A DNA stretch of 48,120 nt from Bacteroidia bacterium (GCA_026391515.1 JAPLEC010000447.1:1-48120), one strand, 5' to 3'. Positions 11,095 to 21,450 are shown, numbered from the stretch's first letter. A program made the numbers and translations. The notes: a model not told the origin generated them from the letters alone.

Positions 11095-12048
11095 ATGAGT
11101 GTTACAGATAAAATAAAAAGCGCTAAAGGACCCTTATTCACATTTGAACTGCTTCCTCCGCTAAAAGGGCATAGCATTGAAAGAGTCTATTCGACAATCG
11201 ACAGACTGATCGAATTTCAACCTGCATATATAAATTTTACCACACACCGAAATGAAATAACATTCAAAGAGAGACCTGACGGGCTTCTTGAAAAAAGAGT
11301 GACACGGCTGAGGCCGGGAACTATTGCGCTAGCTGCTGCAGTAAGATATAAATATAATATTACGGTTGTTCCCCATATCCTGTGCGGCGGATTTACAAAA
11401 GAAGAGACCGAAAATGTTCTTATTGAAATGAACTTCCTTGGCATTGATGATGTTCTGGCTCTCAGGGGAGATCCCCAGAGAGGAAGCCGTACTTTCATTC
11501 CTGATAAAGACGGGCATACCCATACATTTGAACTCGTCAAACAAATTGTGGATATGAATAACGGAAAATATCTTGAAGACTCTCTTATTGATACAACTCC
11601 TACAAATTTCTGTATAGGAGTTGCAGGCTACCCGGAAAAGCATTTTGAAGCACCGAACCGGCAGACTGATATGGAAAACCTTAAAGCTAAAGTGGAATCA
11701 GGAGCGGGCTATATTGTGACACAGATGTTTTTCAATAACAGGAAGTTCTTCCGTTTCAGGGACGAATGCAGGGAGACAGGAATTAATGTCCCCTTAATTG
11801 CAGGGTTAAAACCCATATCAGCACTTAACGATATTAATCTTTTACCACAGACTTTTCATATCGATGTACCGAATGATCTTGTAACTGCAATTAAAAAATG
11901 TTCAACAGATAAGGAAGCCCGTGAAGTGGGCATTGAATGGGCGACAATGCAGTCACAGGAGCTTATAAAAGAAGGAGTTCCGGGGATTCATTACTACACT
12001 CTCGGGAGATCTGATAATATTGCTCGTATTGTGAAAGCAGCTTTCTAA
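11095..12048 (+). CDS. metF: 5,10-methylenetetrahydrofolate reductase
   Basis: The ORF track start (11023) overlaps metH. The ATG at 11095 (MSVTDKIKSAKGPLFTFELLPP) fits the family N-terminus. Also LALRGD and GYIVTQMFF motifs. Confidence 0.9.
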   Translation: MSVTDKIKSAKGPLFTFELLPPLKGHSIERVYSTIDRLIEFQPAYINFTTHRNEITFKERPDGLLEKRVTRLRPGTIALAAAVRYKYNITVVPHILCGGFTKEETENVLIEMNFLGIDDVLALRGDPQRGSRTFIPDKDGHTHTFELVKQIVDMNNGKYLEDSLIDTTPTNFCIGVAGYPEKHFEAPNRQTDMENLKAKVESGAGYIVTQMFFNNRKFFRFRDECRETGINVPLIAGLKPISALNDINLLPQTFHIDVPNDLVTAIKKCSTDKEAREVGIEWATMQSQELIKEGVPGIHYYTLGRSDNIARIVKAAF

Positions 12049-12060
12049 ATAAATAAAAAA

Positions 12061-12129
12061 CTTACACAGAGGAAATCCTGAGAACCACAGAGGACCACAG
12101 AGTAAAACCTCTGTGTAACTCTGTGTAAG
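12061..12129. terminator. Nested hairpin built from CACAGAGG words between convergent metF and metK (probable bidirectional terminator)
   Basis: Outer stem is cttacacagag (12061-12071) with ctctgtgtaag (12119-12129). Inner stem is cacagag (12096-12102) with ctctgtg (12109-12115). CACAGAGG words at 12065, 12086 and 12096. No U-tract. Confidence 0.6.
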
Positions 12130-12144
12130 TTCTTTATAAGAGAT

Positions 12145-13488
12145 TCAGATTTTAAACTCTTTCTTGATTTTCTCTACATAATCCAGCTTCTCCCAGGCAA
12201 AAAAGTCAACCTTCTTCAGCCAGGTTTTCTTCCCATTGCCATTGACAACCAATGGCTTGTTGCCTGGAACCTCATAATAAACTTCAACATTTTTAACCTC
12301 ATGATCGCGACCAAAATGTCCATATGACGCTGTCTTCAGGAAAATAGGATTTTTCAGTCCCAGCCGCTTAATGATTGCATAAGGACGCATATCGAACAGA
12401 GAGTTGATTTTGCTGGCTATCTCGCTGTCATGCAATATTTTACCTTTATTATTCTTTACATGAGCTGTTCCAAATGTATTTATATAGAGACCAAAAGGTT
12501 CTGCAACTCCGATTGCGTACGCTACCTGTATCAAAGCTTTATCACAAACACCAGCTGCAACCATGTTTTTTGCAATATGACGGGCGGCATAAGCTGCCGA
12601 CCTGTCGACTTTTGATGAATCTTTTCCTGAGAAAGCACCACCGCCATGAGCGCCATGTCCTCCATAAGTATCGACAATGATTTTACGTCCTGTAAGACCA
12701 GTATCACCATGAGGGCCTCCAATGACAAATTTTCCCGTCGGGTTTACAAGAAGCCTCAAATTGTTTGTAAATAGCTTTTGAATCCTGGGGGAAAGAGATT
12801 TCTTCACTCTTGGGATAAGTATATTCTTTAGGTCGTCATGGATTTTTTTCTGCATAGCTTTTTCAGCTGCCTTCTCAGCAATGTGAGACTTATTTTTTGG
12901 TAAAATAAATTCATCATGCTGTGTACTTATGACGACAGTGTTTATCCTGAGAGGCTTATTATTATCATCATATTCGATGGTTACCTGCGATTTGGAATCA
13001 GGTCTCAGGTATTTCATCACTTTACCTTCGTGACGAATTGCTGCAAGCTGCTGAAGGAATATATGTGCAAGTTCGCTGCTTATAGGCATGTAATTGTCCA
13101 TCTCGCGGCAGGCATAGCCAAACATCATCCCCTGATCACCGGCACCTTGCTCTTCAGGTTTTTCACGTACCACACCCTGGCGGATATCTGAGGATTGTTC
13201 ATGAATGGTAGAAATCACGCCGCACGAATCACAATCAAAACGGTATTCTGCTTTTGTATAACCTATATTACGTATCACCCGGCGAGCAGTTTCCTGAACA
13301 TCAACCCATCCTGAGGTTTGTACTTCACCTCCGCAGACAACCAGTCCGGTTGTAACAAAAGTCTCGCAAGCGACCTTCGATTCCGGATCCCATTTTAAAA
13401 ACTCATCCAGCAATGCATCTGAAATCTGGTCGGCTATCTTGTCAGGGTGACCTTCTGAAACCGATTCTGATGTAAAAAAATATCCCAT
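12145..13488 (-). CDS. metK: S-adenosylmethionine synthetase (Bacteroidota long form)
   Basis: 447-aa ORF. Motifs [53 protein letters not shown]. Carries the internal and C-terminal extensions typical of Bacteroidota MetK. Confidence 0.96.
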   Translation of the reverse strand: MGYFFTSESVSEGHPDKIADQISDALLDEFLKWDPESKVACETFVTTGLVVCGGEVQTSGWVDVQETARRVIRNIGYTKAEYRFDCDSCGVISTIHEQSSDIRQGVVREKPEEQGAGDQGMMFGYACREMDNYMPISSELAHIFLQQLAAIRHEGKVMKYLRPDSKSQVTIEYDDNNKPLRINTVVISTQHDEFILPKNKSHIAEKAAEKAMQKKIHDDLKNILIPRVKKSLSPRIQKLFTNNLRLLVNPTGKFVIGGPHGDTGLTGRKIIVDTYGGHGAHGGGAFSGKDSSKVDRSAAYAARHIAKNMVAAGVCDKALIQVAYAIGVAEPFGLYINTFGTAHVKNNKGKILHDSEIASKINSLFDMRPYAIIKRLGLKNPIFLKTASYGHFGRDHEVKNVEVYYEVPGNKPLVVNGNGKKTWLKKVDFFAWEKLDYVEKIKKEFKI

Positions 13489-13510
13489 AGTTTTTTAAGT
13501 TTAGAATGCC

Positions 13511-13605
13511 TAAAGTACTTAGAGTACTTAGAGTTATTACATAGTTTTATATTTATTATATAAACTTTAAGTACTCAAAACTTAAGCTCACTTTAAGTAC
13601 TTAAC
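13511..13605. repeat. Long imperfect palindrome built from AAGTACTT words in the metK 5' region
   Basis: Left arm is taaagtacttagagtacttagag. Right arm is ctttaagtactcaaaacttaagctcactttaagtacttaa. An AT-rich palindromic centre (agttttatat ttat tatataaact) lies between them. The element ends 22 nt upstream of the metK ATG. Confidence 0.7.
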
Positions 13606-13744
13606 AATTGATGGGAAAATTGGTTGAACAGAAAAAAAGATTTTTAAGCGTTTTAGCATTTTTTCCTGTGGTTGAAATCAGCACAAATCTTTCCACCTGA
13701 TAATTGTGGCACAAAGCAAATAAAAAAAAACTAGAAAAAAAAGA

Positions 13745-14659
13745 TTATCCGTTAGTAAGGTGCCTGAAAACCTCCTCCAGATTACTTTCTTCTTTCTGAA
13801 GGGAAAGTACTGTAAGATTATTTTTTACGGCAAATGAAAATATGGCAGGACGAATATCTTCCTCACCTTCAGCTTCTATGAGCCAGGAATCTTTTCTGAT
13901 TTGCTGAACCTTACTGACATAAGGTATATTCTTTAATTCCGATTTATCAACTTCCCGGTTAAATTCAACATGGATAGTTTGTTTCTGACATTTCAGAAGT
14001 GAATAAATCTTATTTTTTTCTTCATCAGCAACAATCACACCCTTGTCAATAATGATGACCCTGTCGCAGATTGCTTCAGCTTCCTGCATGATATGTGTGG
14101 AGAGCAATACTGTTTTTTCTTTTCCGGCTTCCCTGATGAGATTTCGTATTTCAACAATCTGATTTGGATCGAGTCCCGATGTTGCTTCGTCAAGTATCAG
14201 AACATCAGGATTATGAATAAGCGCCTGTGCAAGACCTACTCTTTGCCTGTATCCTTTTGAAAGAGATCCGATCCTTTTCTTCTGCTCGGGAGCAAGACCA
14301 GTGATTTCAATAACATTATCGATCTGCTTCTTCAGAGAGTTGCTCATTTTATATACTGATGCCACAAAGCCAAGATATTCCCTGACATACATTTCAGGAT
14401 AAAGAGGATTATTTTCAGGAAGATAACCAATAATTTTTTTTATTTCCGTAGTGTTTGAAGAAATATCAATGTCATTTACAAATACAAAACCGGATGTGGC
14501 TGGAATAAAACCGGTTATTATCCTCATCATTGTGGATTTCCCGGCACCGTTTGGACCCAGAAAACCAACTATCTCCCCTTTTTTAACTTCAAAAGATACA
14601 TTATCCAGAGCTTTCTGTTCCCCGTAATACTTTGTAACTCCCTGAACTGCAATAGACAT
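13745..14659 (-). CDS. gldA: ABC transporter ATP-binding protein, GldA-like
   Basis: Walker [10 protein letters not shown], signature LSKGYRQR, Walker [12 protein letters not shown]. The string [19 protein letters not shown] resembles the remembered Flavobacterium GldA sequence. No gldF/gldG genes are adjacent. Confidence 0.7.
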   Translation of the reverse strand: MSIAVQGVTKYYGEQKALDNVSFEVKKGEIVGFLGPNGAGKSTMMRIITGFIPATSGFVFVNDIDISSNTTEIKKIIGYLPENNPLYPEMYVREYLGFVASVYKMSNSLKKQIDNVIEITGLAPEQKKRIGSLSKGYRQRVGLAQALIHNPDVLILDEATSGLDPNQIVEIRNLIREAGKEKTVLLSTHIMQEAEAICDRVIIIDKGVIVADEEKNKIYSLLKCQKQTIHVEFNREVDKSELKNIPYVSKVQQIRKDSWLIEAEGEEDIRPAIFSFAVKNNLTVLSLQKEESNLEEVFRHLTNG

Positions 14660-14753
14660 CCGAAAGTTTTATTATTAAATTCAAAACTTTCAAATTTACT
14701 CTTTTTTATGAAAGCTCCTTTTATTATCGAGAATCATCTTATGAGTGAAAACC

Positions 14754-14785
14754 CCTTTGTGTCCCTTCGTGTCGAATTCACAAAG
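14754..14785. repeat. Partial copy of the CCTTTGTG word element
   Basis: cctttgtgtcccttcgtgtcgaattcacaaag shares cctttgtgt and ccttcgtgt with 3256-3275 and 21396-21412. It forms a ctttgtg/cacaaag hairpin. Confidence 0.6.
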
Positions 14786-14840
14786 ATTCCAATAGCTATG
14801 TATTTCTTCACAATTCATGTAACAGTTTATAAATTTGAAT

Positions 14841-15692
14841 TTATGATCCCCAGCCGCCCATAAATTGAGCGGTATTAGCAAAGGAAGCCTTTGGATTTAC
14901 ACAGCAGACTGGTATTTTGGAGCTGTTGGCAATAATATATTGTTCTGAAGCTCCAACCATATAATCGGCAAATGTAATGTTCTTGGTAGTCACAATAAGT
15001 ATCAGGTCAGCATTGATCTTCTGGGCAAAATCAAGCGTCTGTTGTGCGAAATTACCCTTTGGAATTTCATGGATCTGATATTCTATGTTATTTTGAATGA
15101 GATATCTGATCGCAAAATTAAGATTGATTTTTGTTTTCTTAATCAGGTTCTTATCATAAGCAGTTGTAACAAGAATATGCATTTTCGAGTCAAAATATTT
15201 ACCCATGAAAATTGCCATTTTCGTTTTCTCCTTGTTTTCTTTCCTGAAATCCACGGGGAAAACAATATTATGATATCTCTCCTGGTCAGCCGGAGGGTCC
15301 TGAACAACAATAAACGGCACTTTCGATTTTACGATAACTTTTAATGCCCAGCTGCCGGTAAGTTTCTGCATCCCTTTCATACCATGGGTTCCCATTACAA
15401 CCACACTTGCATCCTTATCGTTTACAAAATCAGCAATTGCTGAAAAAATGCTCCCTTTCGAGATATCAGATACAATGGTCATATTGTATTTCTTGCTGTT
15501 TTCATTAGCAACATGCTTTAAAAGTACTCTTTTTTCTCCCTCAACAGCCGGTTTTATGCCAGAGTCGACAATATGAAGCAGACATATCTCATTTCCGACC
15601 ATACGGCTGATTTTAACTGCATGTGCCAGTGCATGTTCAGCTACGGGAGTAAAATCCCAGGGAACTACTATAGGTTTCTGATGCTCTTCCAT
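14841..15692 (-). CDS. universal stress protein family protein (two tandem Usp domains)
   Basis: 283-aa ORF. The first domain ends in VVMGTHGMKGMQKLTGSWALKVIVKSKVPFIVV (the Usp ATP-binding-type G-x2-G-x9-G(S/T) region). The second half repeats the fold. Confidence 0.8.
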   Translation of the reverse strand: MEEHQKPIVVPWDFTPVAEHALAHAVKISRMVGNEICLLHIVDSGIKPAVEGEKRVLLKHVANENSKKYNMTIVSDISKGSIFSAIADFVNDKDASVVVMGTHGMKGMQKLTGSWALKVIVKSKVPFIVVQDPPADQERYHNIVFPVDFRKENKEKTKMAIFMGKYFDSKMHILVTTAYDKNLIKKTKINLNFAIRYLIQNNIEYQIHEIPKGNFAQQTLDFAQKINADLILIVTTKNITFADYMVGASEQYIIANSSKIPVCCVNPKASFANTAQFMGGWGS

Positions 15693-15923
15693 AATTTCTA
15701 TTAATTTTCAAATTACACTCAAAGTTATTCAGATTTTACCAATTTTCAAATCATTTGGTTTTGCTGAAAAATGATTCATTAAATAAAACTCTTTTAAAGT
15801 GGAAATATTATTCAAAAAGGCCTCTTTCGCACAAAAATAATGCCATAATGAAATAAAAGACCCCTGTTCTGAGTTCCCGGCCTGACAATTTATTATTTTT
15901 ACAAAAATTTTTAACCTGTTTCG

Positions 15924-17312
15924 ATGAAAAGAATAAAAATAAAAGAATTGTTGGCATCACCTGAAATTGAATCTGATGTACTTGTGAAAGGATGGGTGAG
16001 AACTAAGAGGGGAAATAAAAACATCGCCTTTATTGCTCTGAATGATGGTTCGACAATAAATAATATTCAGGTCGTTGCTGATACTGCAAAGTTTGATGAA
16101 AACCTGTTGAAAGATATAACAACAGGATCATGTCTTTCTGTTTCCGGTAAGCTTATCGAGTCACAGGGACAGGGTCAGAATATTGAAATTCATGCTGAAT
16201 CTATAGAGCTTTATGGTAAAAGTGATGCTGAAACTTATCCTCTTCAGAAAAAAGGACATTCAATGGAATTCCTCAGGGAGATTGCTCACCTTCGTCCCAG
16301 GACGAATACATTCGGAGCGGTTTTCAGAATAAGACATGCCATCGCTTTTGCAATTCATAAATATTTCAACGACAAAGGATTCTTTTATCTTCATACTCCG
16401 ATAATTACCGGCAGCAATGCTGAAGGTGCCGGTGAATTATTTCATGTCACAACCATGGACCTGGCCAACATACCTCACAACAAGGACGGGTCGGTTGATT
16501 TCAATAATGATTTTTTCGGGAAGCCTGCAAACCTTACTGTTTCCGGACAGCTTGAAGGAGAGCTTGGAGCACTGGCTCTTAGCGATATCTATACCTTCGG
16601 ACCAACATTCAGGGCTGAAAACTCAAATACACCAAGACACCTTGCCGAATTCTGGATGGTTGAACCGGAAATGGCTTTTTATGATAATAACGACAATATG
16701 GACCTGGCAGAGGATTTTGTTAAATATCTGATCCGGTATGCCCTGGAAAATTGCAAAGACGATCTTGATTTTCTTAATAGTATCATCGACAAAGGGCTTC
16801 TTGAACGTCTGAATTTTGTTCTGGGGAATGAGTTTATCAGGATGACATATACCGATGCTATAAAAATCCTGATTGATTCGGGTAAAAAATGGGAATACCC
16901 GATAAGCTGGGGTAAAGACCTGCAGGCTGAACATGAAAGATATCTTGTCGAGGAACATTTTAAGAAGCCTGTAATACTGACCGACTATCCAAAAGACATA
17001 AAAGCTTTTTATATGAAGCAAAATGATGATGGGAAAACAGTAAGAGCAATGGATGTTCTTTTCCCGGGAATAGGCGAGATTATCGGAGGTTCGCAGAGAG
17101 AGGAAAATTATGATGCTCTTCTCTCACGTATCAAAGAGCTGAATTTGCCGGAAAAAGATCTTTGGTGGTACCTCGAAACAAGAAAATTCGGAACGGCACC
17201 CCACAGCGGATTCGGTCTTGGCTTTGAAAGAATGATAATATTCATAACTGGTATCCCTAATATTCGTGACGTAATACCATTTCCAAGAACCCCTAAAAAC
17301 GCAGAATTTTAA
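15924..17312 (+). CDS. asnS: asparagine--tRNA ligase
   Basis: 462-aa class II aaRS. OB-fold N-terminus ([21 protein letters not shown]), motif 2 [21 protein letters not shown], motif 3 GFGLGFERM. Confidence 0.95.
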   Translation: MKRIKIKELLASPEIESDVLVKGWVRTKRGNKNIAFIALNDGSTINNIQVVADTAKFDENLLKDITTGSCLSVSGKLIESQGQGQNIEIHAESIELYGKSDAETYPLQKKGHSMEFLREIAHLRPRTNTFGAVFRIRHAIAFAIHKYFNDKGFFYLHTPIITGSNAEGAGELFHVTTMDLANIPHNKDGSVDFNNDFFGKPANLTVSGQLEGELGALALSDIYTFGPTFRAENSNTPRHLAEFWMVEPEMAFYDNNDNMDLAEDFVKYLIRYALENCKDDLDFLNSIIDKGLLERLNFVLGNEFIRMTYTDAIKILIDSGKKWEYPISWGKDLQAEHERYLVEEHFKKPVILTDYPKDIKAFYMKQNDDGKTVRAMDVLFPGIGEIIGGSQREENYDALLSRIKELNLPEKDLWWYLETRKFGTAPHSGFGLGFERMIIFITGIPNIRDVIPFPRTPKNAEF

Positions 17313-17338
17313 TTCCGTAATTGACTTAAGGAACTACG

Positions 17339-18796
17339 ATGCTCAAGCAGAAGTTACAGCAAAAATTGCTTCAAAAGCTTTCACCGCAGCAGATTCAAAT
17401 GATCAAGCTGCTTGAGGTTCCTACAATTCAGATTGAACAACGAATTAAAAAAGAACTTGAAGAGAATCCGGCACTTGAAGAGGGCTCGGAAGAAGAAGAT
17501 ATTCCTGATGAAGAATCTGAAGACGAAGAGTACGAAGAAAAAGATAAAGATCAGGATGAATTTACTATCGACGATTATATAGAGGATGATGAAATACCTG
17601 ATTACAGACTTCAGACAAACAATTACAGCAAAGAAGATGAGAAAAGAGCAGAGATCCCTTTTTCTGTAGGATCTTCATTTCATGAGCACCTTGGATCCCA
17701 GCTGGGACTGAGAGATCTGACCGATAAACAAAAAATCCTTGGAGAATATATCATTGGGAATATCGATGAAGATGGTTACCTCAGAAGGGATTTAAGCAAT
17801 ATTATAGACGACCTTGCATTTCTTCAGAATGTAACTGCTACCGAAAAAGAGCTTGAAGAAGTTCTTAAAATAATTCAGGACCTTGAACCTGCAGGGGTAG
17901 GTGCAAGAACACTAAGGGAATGCCTTCTTCTTCAGCTTGAAAAAAAAGACAATACCCATCCTTCAGTTAAACTTGCATATTCGATTATAGATCAGCATTT
18001 CGAAGAATTTACCAAAAGACACTACGACAAGATTATTGCCAGGATGGGTATCAGTGAAAGTGATCTTAAATCGGCAATCGATGAGGTTCTTAAACAAAAT
18101 CCCCGGCCGGGAGGTGTTTATACCGATCCATTCAGTAAAATTGCACAGCCAATAATTCCAGATTTTATTCTTGAACATTCAGAAGAGGGTTTTGATCTTC
18201 ATCTTAATTCAAGAAACCTTCCTGAATTGAGGCTCAGTTCTGCTTATAACGAGATGCTTCAGGCATACAGCAGGGACAAGAGTAATAAAAAGGAAATGAA
18301 AGATGCGGTTCTTTTTGTAAAACAAAAAATTGATTCCGCAAAATGGTTTATTGATGCAATAAAACAGCGGCAGAATACGCTTCTTCTTACAATGAATGCA
18401 ATTCTGAAATACCAGCAGGAATATTTCATAGATGGCGACGAAACTAAATTGAAACCAATGATTCTTAAAGACGTCGCTGAAATGACAGGACTCGACATTT
18501 CAACAGTCTCAAGAGTTGCAAACAGCAAGTATATTCAAACTCATTTTGGCATTTTCCCATTGAAATTTTTCTTCTCTGAAGGACTGCAGACAGACAGTGG
18601 TGAAGAAGTATCAACAAGAGAGATTAAAAGAATTTTGCAGGATTGTATAAGTAATGAAGAAAAACGCAAACCTCTGACCGATGAAAGACTTACAGAGATA
18701 CTCCAGGAAAAAGGATATCAGATCGCTCGCCGGACAGTTGCTAAATATCGTGAGCAACTAGATATTCCGGTCGCAAGATTAAGAAAGGAAATTTGA
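17339..18796 (+). CDS. rpoN: RNA polymerase sigma-54 factor
   Basis: 485-aa ORF. Gln/Leu-rich region I (LKQKLQQKLLQKLSPQQIQMIKLL), acidic linker, HTH, and RpoN box ARRTVAKYRE. Confidence 0.95.
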   Translation: MLKQKLQQKLLQKLSPQQIQMIKLLEVPTIQIEQRIKKELEENPALEEGSEEEDIPDEESEDEEYEEKDKDQDEFTIDDYIEDDEIPDYRLQTNNYSKEDEKRAEIPFSVGSSFHEHLGSQLGLRDLTDKQKILGEYIIGNIDEDGYLRRDLSNIIDDLAFLQNVTATEKELEEVLKIIQDLEPAGVGARTLRECLLLQLEKKDNTHPSVKLAYSIIDQHFEEFTKRHYDKIIARMGISESDLKSAIDEVLKQNPRPGGVYTDPFSKIAQPIIPDFILEHSEEGFDLHLNSRNLPELRLSSAYNEMLQAYSRDKSNKKEMKDAVLFVKQKIDSAKWFIDAIKQRQNTLLLTMNAILKYQQEYFIDGDETKLKPMILKDVAEMTGLDISTVSRVANSKYIQTHFGIFPLKFFFSEGLQTDSGEEVSTREIKRILQDCISNEEKRKPLTDERLTEILQEKGYQIARRTVAKYREQLDIPVARLRKEI

Positions 18797-19428
18797 TGAC
18801 ATCTGATAAAACATCAGCATTTGAAGATACCCTGGCAAAGATAATATCAGTGGTTTATCACCCGTTGCTCATCCCTTTGTATGGTTTGCTTATCATCTTT
18901 TTATCCCCGACAATTTTTGAGTATCTTCCTCTTGCCTATAAGAAAATATTGTTACTTATAGTCCTGTTAAATAATGTACTAATCCCTCTTTCTTTAATAC
19001 CTTATTTAAAGTACAGACAATTAATAAGTTCCTGGTTTGTGATAAACCAAAAAGAAAGAATAATTCCCCTGATAACTACTTCCATTTTCTATTTTATTAC
19101 TTTATATATTATACTCACATTCAAAATACCTGTCTTCATAAAAGCTTTTATTTTAACATCTGCCGTACTTTCAAGTATTATTACTGTAATAAATTTTTGG
19201 TTTAAAATTTCAATTCATTCTGTCGGGGCTGGTGCACTTATAGCTCTTGTTATTGCCCTTTCGGTAAAATCTAATGATCCACTGACATTAATGCTGATTG
19301 CAGTTATACTATTAGCCGGACTTGTACTTTCATCACGGCTTTGGCTTAATTCACACAGCCCGAAAGAAGTATGGCTTGGGTTTTTTCTTGGAGTTTTTAC
19401 TTCAGCCTTTTTGTTATTCTTTTTCTAA
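18796..19428 (+). CDS. polytopic membrane protein, PAP2 phosphatase-like
   Basis: Six or so hydrophobic segments. SIHSVGAG and SSRLWLNSHSPKEV resemble PAP2 motifs 2 and 3 (PSGH / SRxxxxxHxxxD). The ATG at 18796 overlaps the rpoN stop by 1 nt (TGATG). Confidence 0.5.
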   Translation: MTSDKTSAFEDTLAKIISVVYHPLLIPLYGLLIIFLSPTIFEYLPLAYKKILLLIVLLNNVLIPLSLIPYLKYRQLISSWFVINQKERIIPLITTSIFYFITLYIILTFKIPVFIKAFILTSAVLSSIITVINFWFKISIHSVGAGALIALVIALSVKSNDPLTLMLIAVILLAGLVLSSRLWLNSHSPKEVWLGFFLGVFTSAFLLFFF

Positions 19429-20514
19429 TAATTCCTTTAGAGCTTTTTCAAGGAGAGCTTTACTTTGTACCAGAATTTCATCTGTGTTTAAAGACATTTT
19501 AGGAGAGAAAGATACTCCGGCATTAAGATCTTTTTGTAAAATAGTATTGAACCAGCCTTTTCCTTCCAGATACCGTGCAAGATATTCCTGTTCCGTCTGA
19601 CCTGTTGTAGGTATTAACAATGCACTGCATTTAAGGCTGATAAGATCCATTATTGTTGAGTAGCCCGATCTTGTTATAACAGTTTCACTCCCGGTTATCA
19701 ACCCTGCCATCTCTGAAGAAGACAGATGGTTATAGAAGATAATATTATTCAACTGCATCGATTCTTCTGCTCTTTCAGGTCTGCCTTCTAGAAAAACTGA
19801 TTGAGGTTCTTTATCTTTCAGTATATCGGTAAGCTTCTGTTTCAGAATTCCTCGCTGAGGCTCAGGTCCGGATAAAATAATAGTATTGTGTCTGTATTTT
19901 ATCGGACTCTCAGTTAATGTTGGTTTTATTTCAGAGAACCTTGAAAGAATACCTATATATCTGGTATTCTTAAGCAGTTTGACGCCATGAGATAATCTGC
20001 CGGATAAATTAATTTCTCCCGGCAAGTCAGGAATAAAACAAAATGTATATCTTTTAATAATTGCTCTGTGAAGCAAAATACCTGTAGATTCAAGAAAGGA
20101 GAGCGCCCTCGGGAATGGGATTAAAGGCATGTGAGTAATATATACCGTTTTGACTTTTTTGTTCCAAAGTCCGAAACGGTTATCACTAATAACTATATCA
20201 ATGGAATATTCCCGGATTATTTTTTTCAGCCTGGCGTGTTCGTTTATCAGATGATAAATGAGGATAGGAATTTTTAAAAAAAGAGAAATATATTGTGGAA
20301 GATATTTTGAATAAGCAGGTCTAAAACCGGGGAAATTAATATAATTCAAGCCATGCATTTCGTAACGGAATAATGATAAATGTTTTTCTCCGGCACCTAT
20401 AAAGATATTATTATTCATTTCCCGGAGCCTTGCGGCCAGAGGCATCATCCGTGCAGAATGACCTAATCCCCATTCGAGAGGACATATCAATATATTCTGT
20501 TTTTTTTCAGACAT
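19414..20514 (-). CDS. GT-B fold glycosyltransferase (MurG/GT28-like)
   Basis: 366-aa ORF. N-terminal G-loop CPLEWGLGHSARMMPLAARL and C-terminal nucleotide-sugar region VITRSGYSTIMDLISLKCSALLIPTTGQTEQ. Confidence 0.7.
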   Translation of the reverse strand: MSEKKQNILICPLEWGLGHSARMMPLAARLREMNNNIFIGAGEKHLSLFRYEMHGLNYINFPGFRPAYSKYLPQYISLFLKIPILIYHLINEHARLKKIIREYSIDIVISDNRFGLWNKKVKTVYITHMPLIPFPRALSFLESTGILLHRAIIKRYTFCFIPDLPGEINLSGRLSHGVKLLKNTRYIGILSRFSEIKPTLTESPIKYRHNTIILSGPEPQRGILKQKLTDILKDKEPQSVFLEGRPERAEESMQLNNIIFYNHLSSSEMAGLITGSETVITRSGYSTIMDLISLKCSALLIPTTGQTEQEYLARYLEGKGWFNTILQKDLNAGVSFSPKMSLNTDEILVQSKALLEKALKELLEKE

Positions 20515-21296
20515 CAGCCTGAAACCTGGGTTCTGATACCAAGCTTATTAACCAGCGAAGCTATATGCTTTAATTCTGCAAGCGGGATTTTTTTCAATTG
20601 TCCCCCTTCAGGCGTATCCCTTGATATTGTATAGATCATTACTTCTGATGGTCTGATCTTTTTAATTGCCTGAAGCCATGCACCAATCTCCGCAGGAGTA
20701 GTGTTATCAATTTTTCTGCCATAGTATATTCCACGAAGAAAAAGAGTCTGAATAATGAGCTCTCCATTAAACTTTTTAAGATTCCTGATAAGCTTATCAA
20801 CCTCCACATTCACTCTAGGCTGATTATGAATTTTTACCGTAAGATCAAATGCAGAATCAAGCTTAAGAATATTTGAATCGACTTTCCGAAGTGCATTTTT
20901 AATTTCAGGTTTTGTGATTAAGGTGGAATTGGATAACACAGCTATTTTTGAATCAGGGAAGTATTTGTTTCTCAGTTTAATACTATCATCGATTATCCCT
21001 GGAAATTCAGGATGAAGCGTTGGTTCTCCATTACCTGCAAAAGTTATTACATCGGGCATCTGATGTTTTTCTTTCATCGTGGCAAGCTTCAGATCAAGAG
21101 CTTTGTAAACCTCTTTTCTGGCGGGAAACTTCTGCCCTTTTATATTAGTATTATAAGTCCAGCCGCATTCGCAGTATATACAATTAAAGTTGCATATTTT
21201 TTTTGTTGCAGGCAGAAGGTTAATTCCAAGCGATACCCCAAGCCTCCGGCTTCTGACTGGTCCAAAAATTATCTCATCAAACAGGAATGTGGACAT
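20514..21296 (-). CDS. radical SAM protein of unknown function
   Basis: 260-aa ORF. N-terminal FGPVRSRRLGVSLGINLLP followed by the CxxxCxxC cluster motif (CNFNCIYC) and GNGEPTLHP. The stop overlaps the downstream glycosyltransferase ATG by 1 nt. Confidence 0.85.
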   Translation of the reverse strand: MSTFLFDEIIFGPVRSRRLGVSLGINLLPATKKICNFNCIYCECGWTYNTNIKGQKFPARKEVYKALDLKLATMKEKHQMPDVITFAGNGEPTLHPEFPGIIDDSIKLRNKYFPDSKIAVLSNSTLITKPEIKNALRKVDSNILKLDSAFDLTVKIHNQPRVNVEVDKLIRNLKKFNGELIIQTLFLRGIYYGRKIDNTTPAEIGAWLQAIKKIRPSEVMIYTISRDTPEGGQLKKIPLAELKHIASLVNKLGIRTQVSG

Positions 21297-21395
21297 TTGT
21301 CATGTTTAAAAAAGCAAAATTAGTATATATATTTTTTTATATCTTAGAATTCACTAAGGAAAATAAAAAAAACAGAATGGATTTTAGCTTATAAT

Positions 21396-21450
21396 CCTTT
21401 GTGTTCTTCGTGCGGTCCCGAGTGCTCGGGATTGTGTCCTTTGTGGTTAA
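21396..21450. repeat. One-arm copy of the CCTTTGTG word element with an internal GC hairpin
   Basis: The sequence is cctttgtgttcttcgtgcggtcccgagtgctcgggattgtgtcctttgtggttaa. It shares tcctttgtgtt, cttcgtg and tcctttgtggttaaatg with the right arm at 3254-3300. It carries an inserted tcccgag tg ctcggga hairpin. Confidence 0.75.

Noticed and set aside
13707-13722. Sigma-54-like TGGCAC (rpoN is in the window).
   Set aside because: The downstream element is wrong (TGGCAC-aaagc-AAAT instead of TGGCAC-N5-TTGC), and it points into the 3' end of gldA. The TGGCACC...TTGC on the minus strand at about 47827-47842 has a 3-nt spacer and is part of a hairpin repeat.
14696-14881. 61-aa minus-strand ORF between gldA and the usp gene.
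   Set aside because: It overlaps the usp 3' end by about 40 nt and translates the CCTTTGTG repeat fragment (KGHKGVFTHK). There is no independent support.
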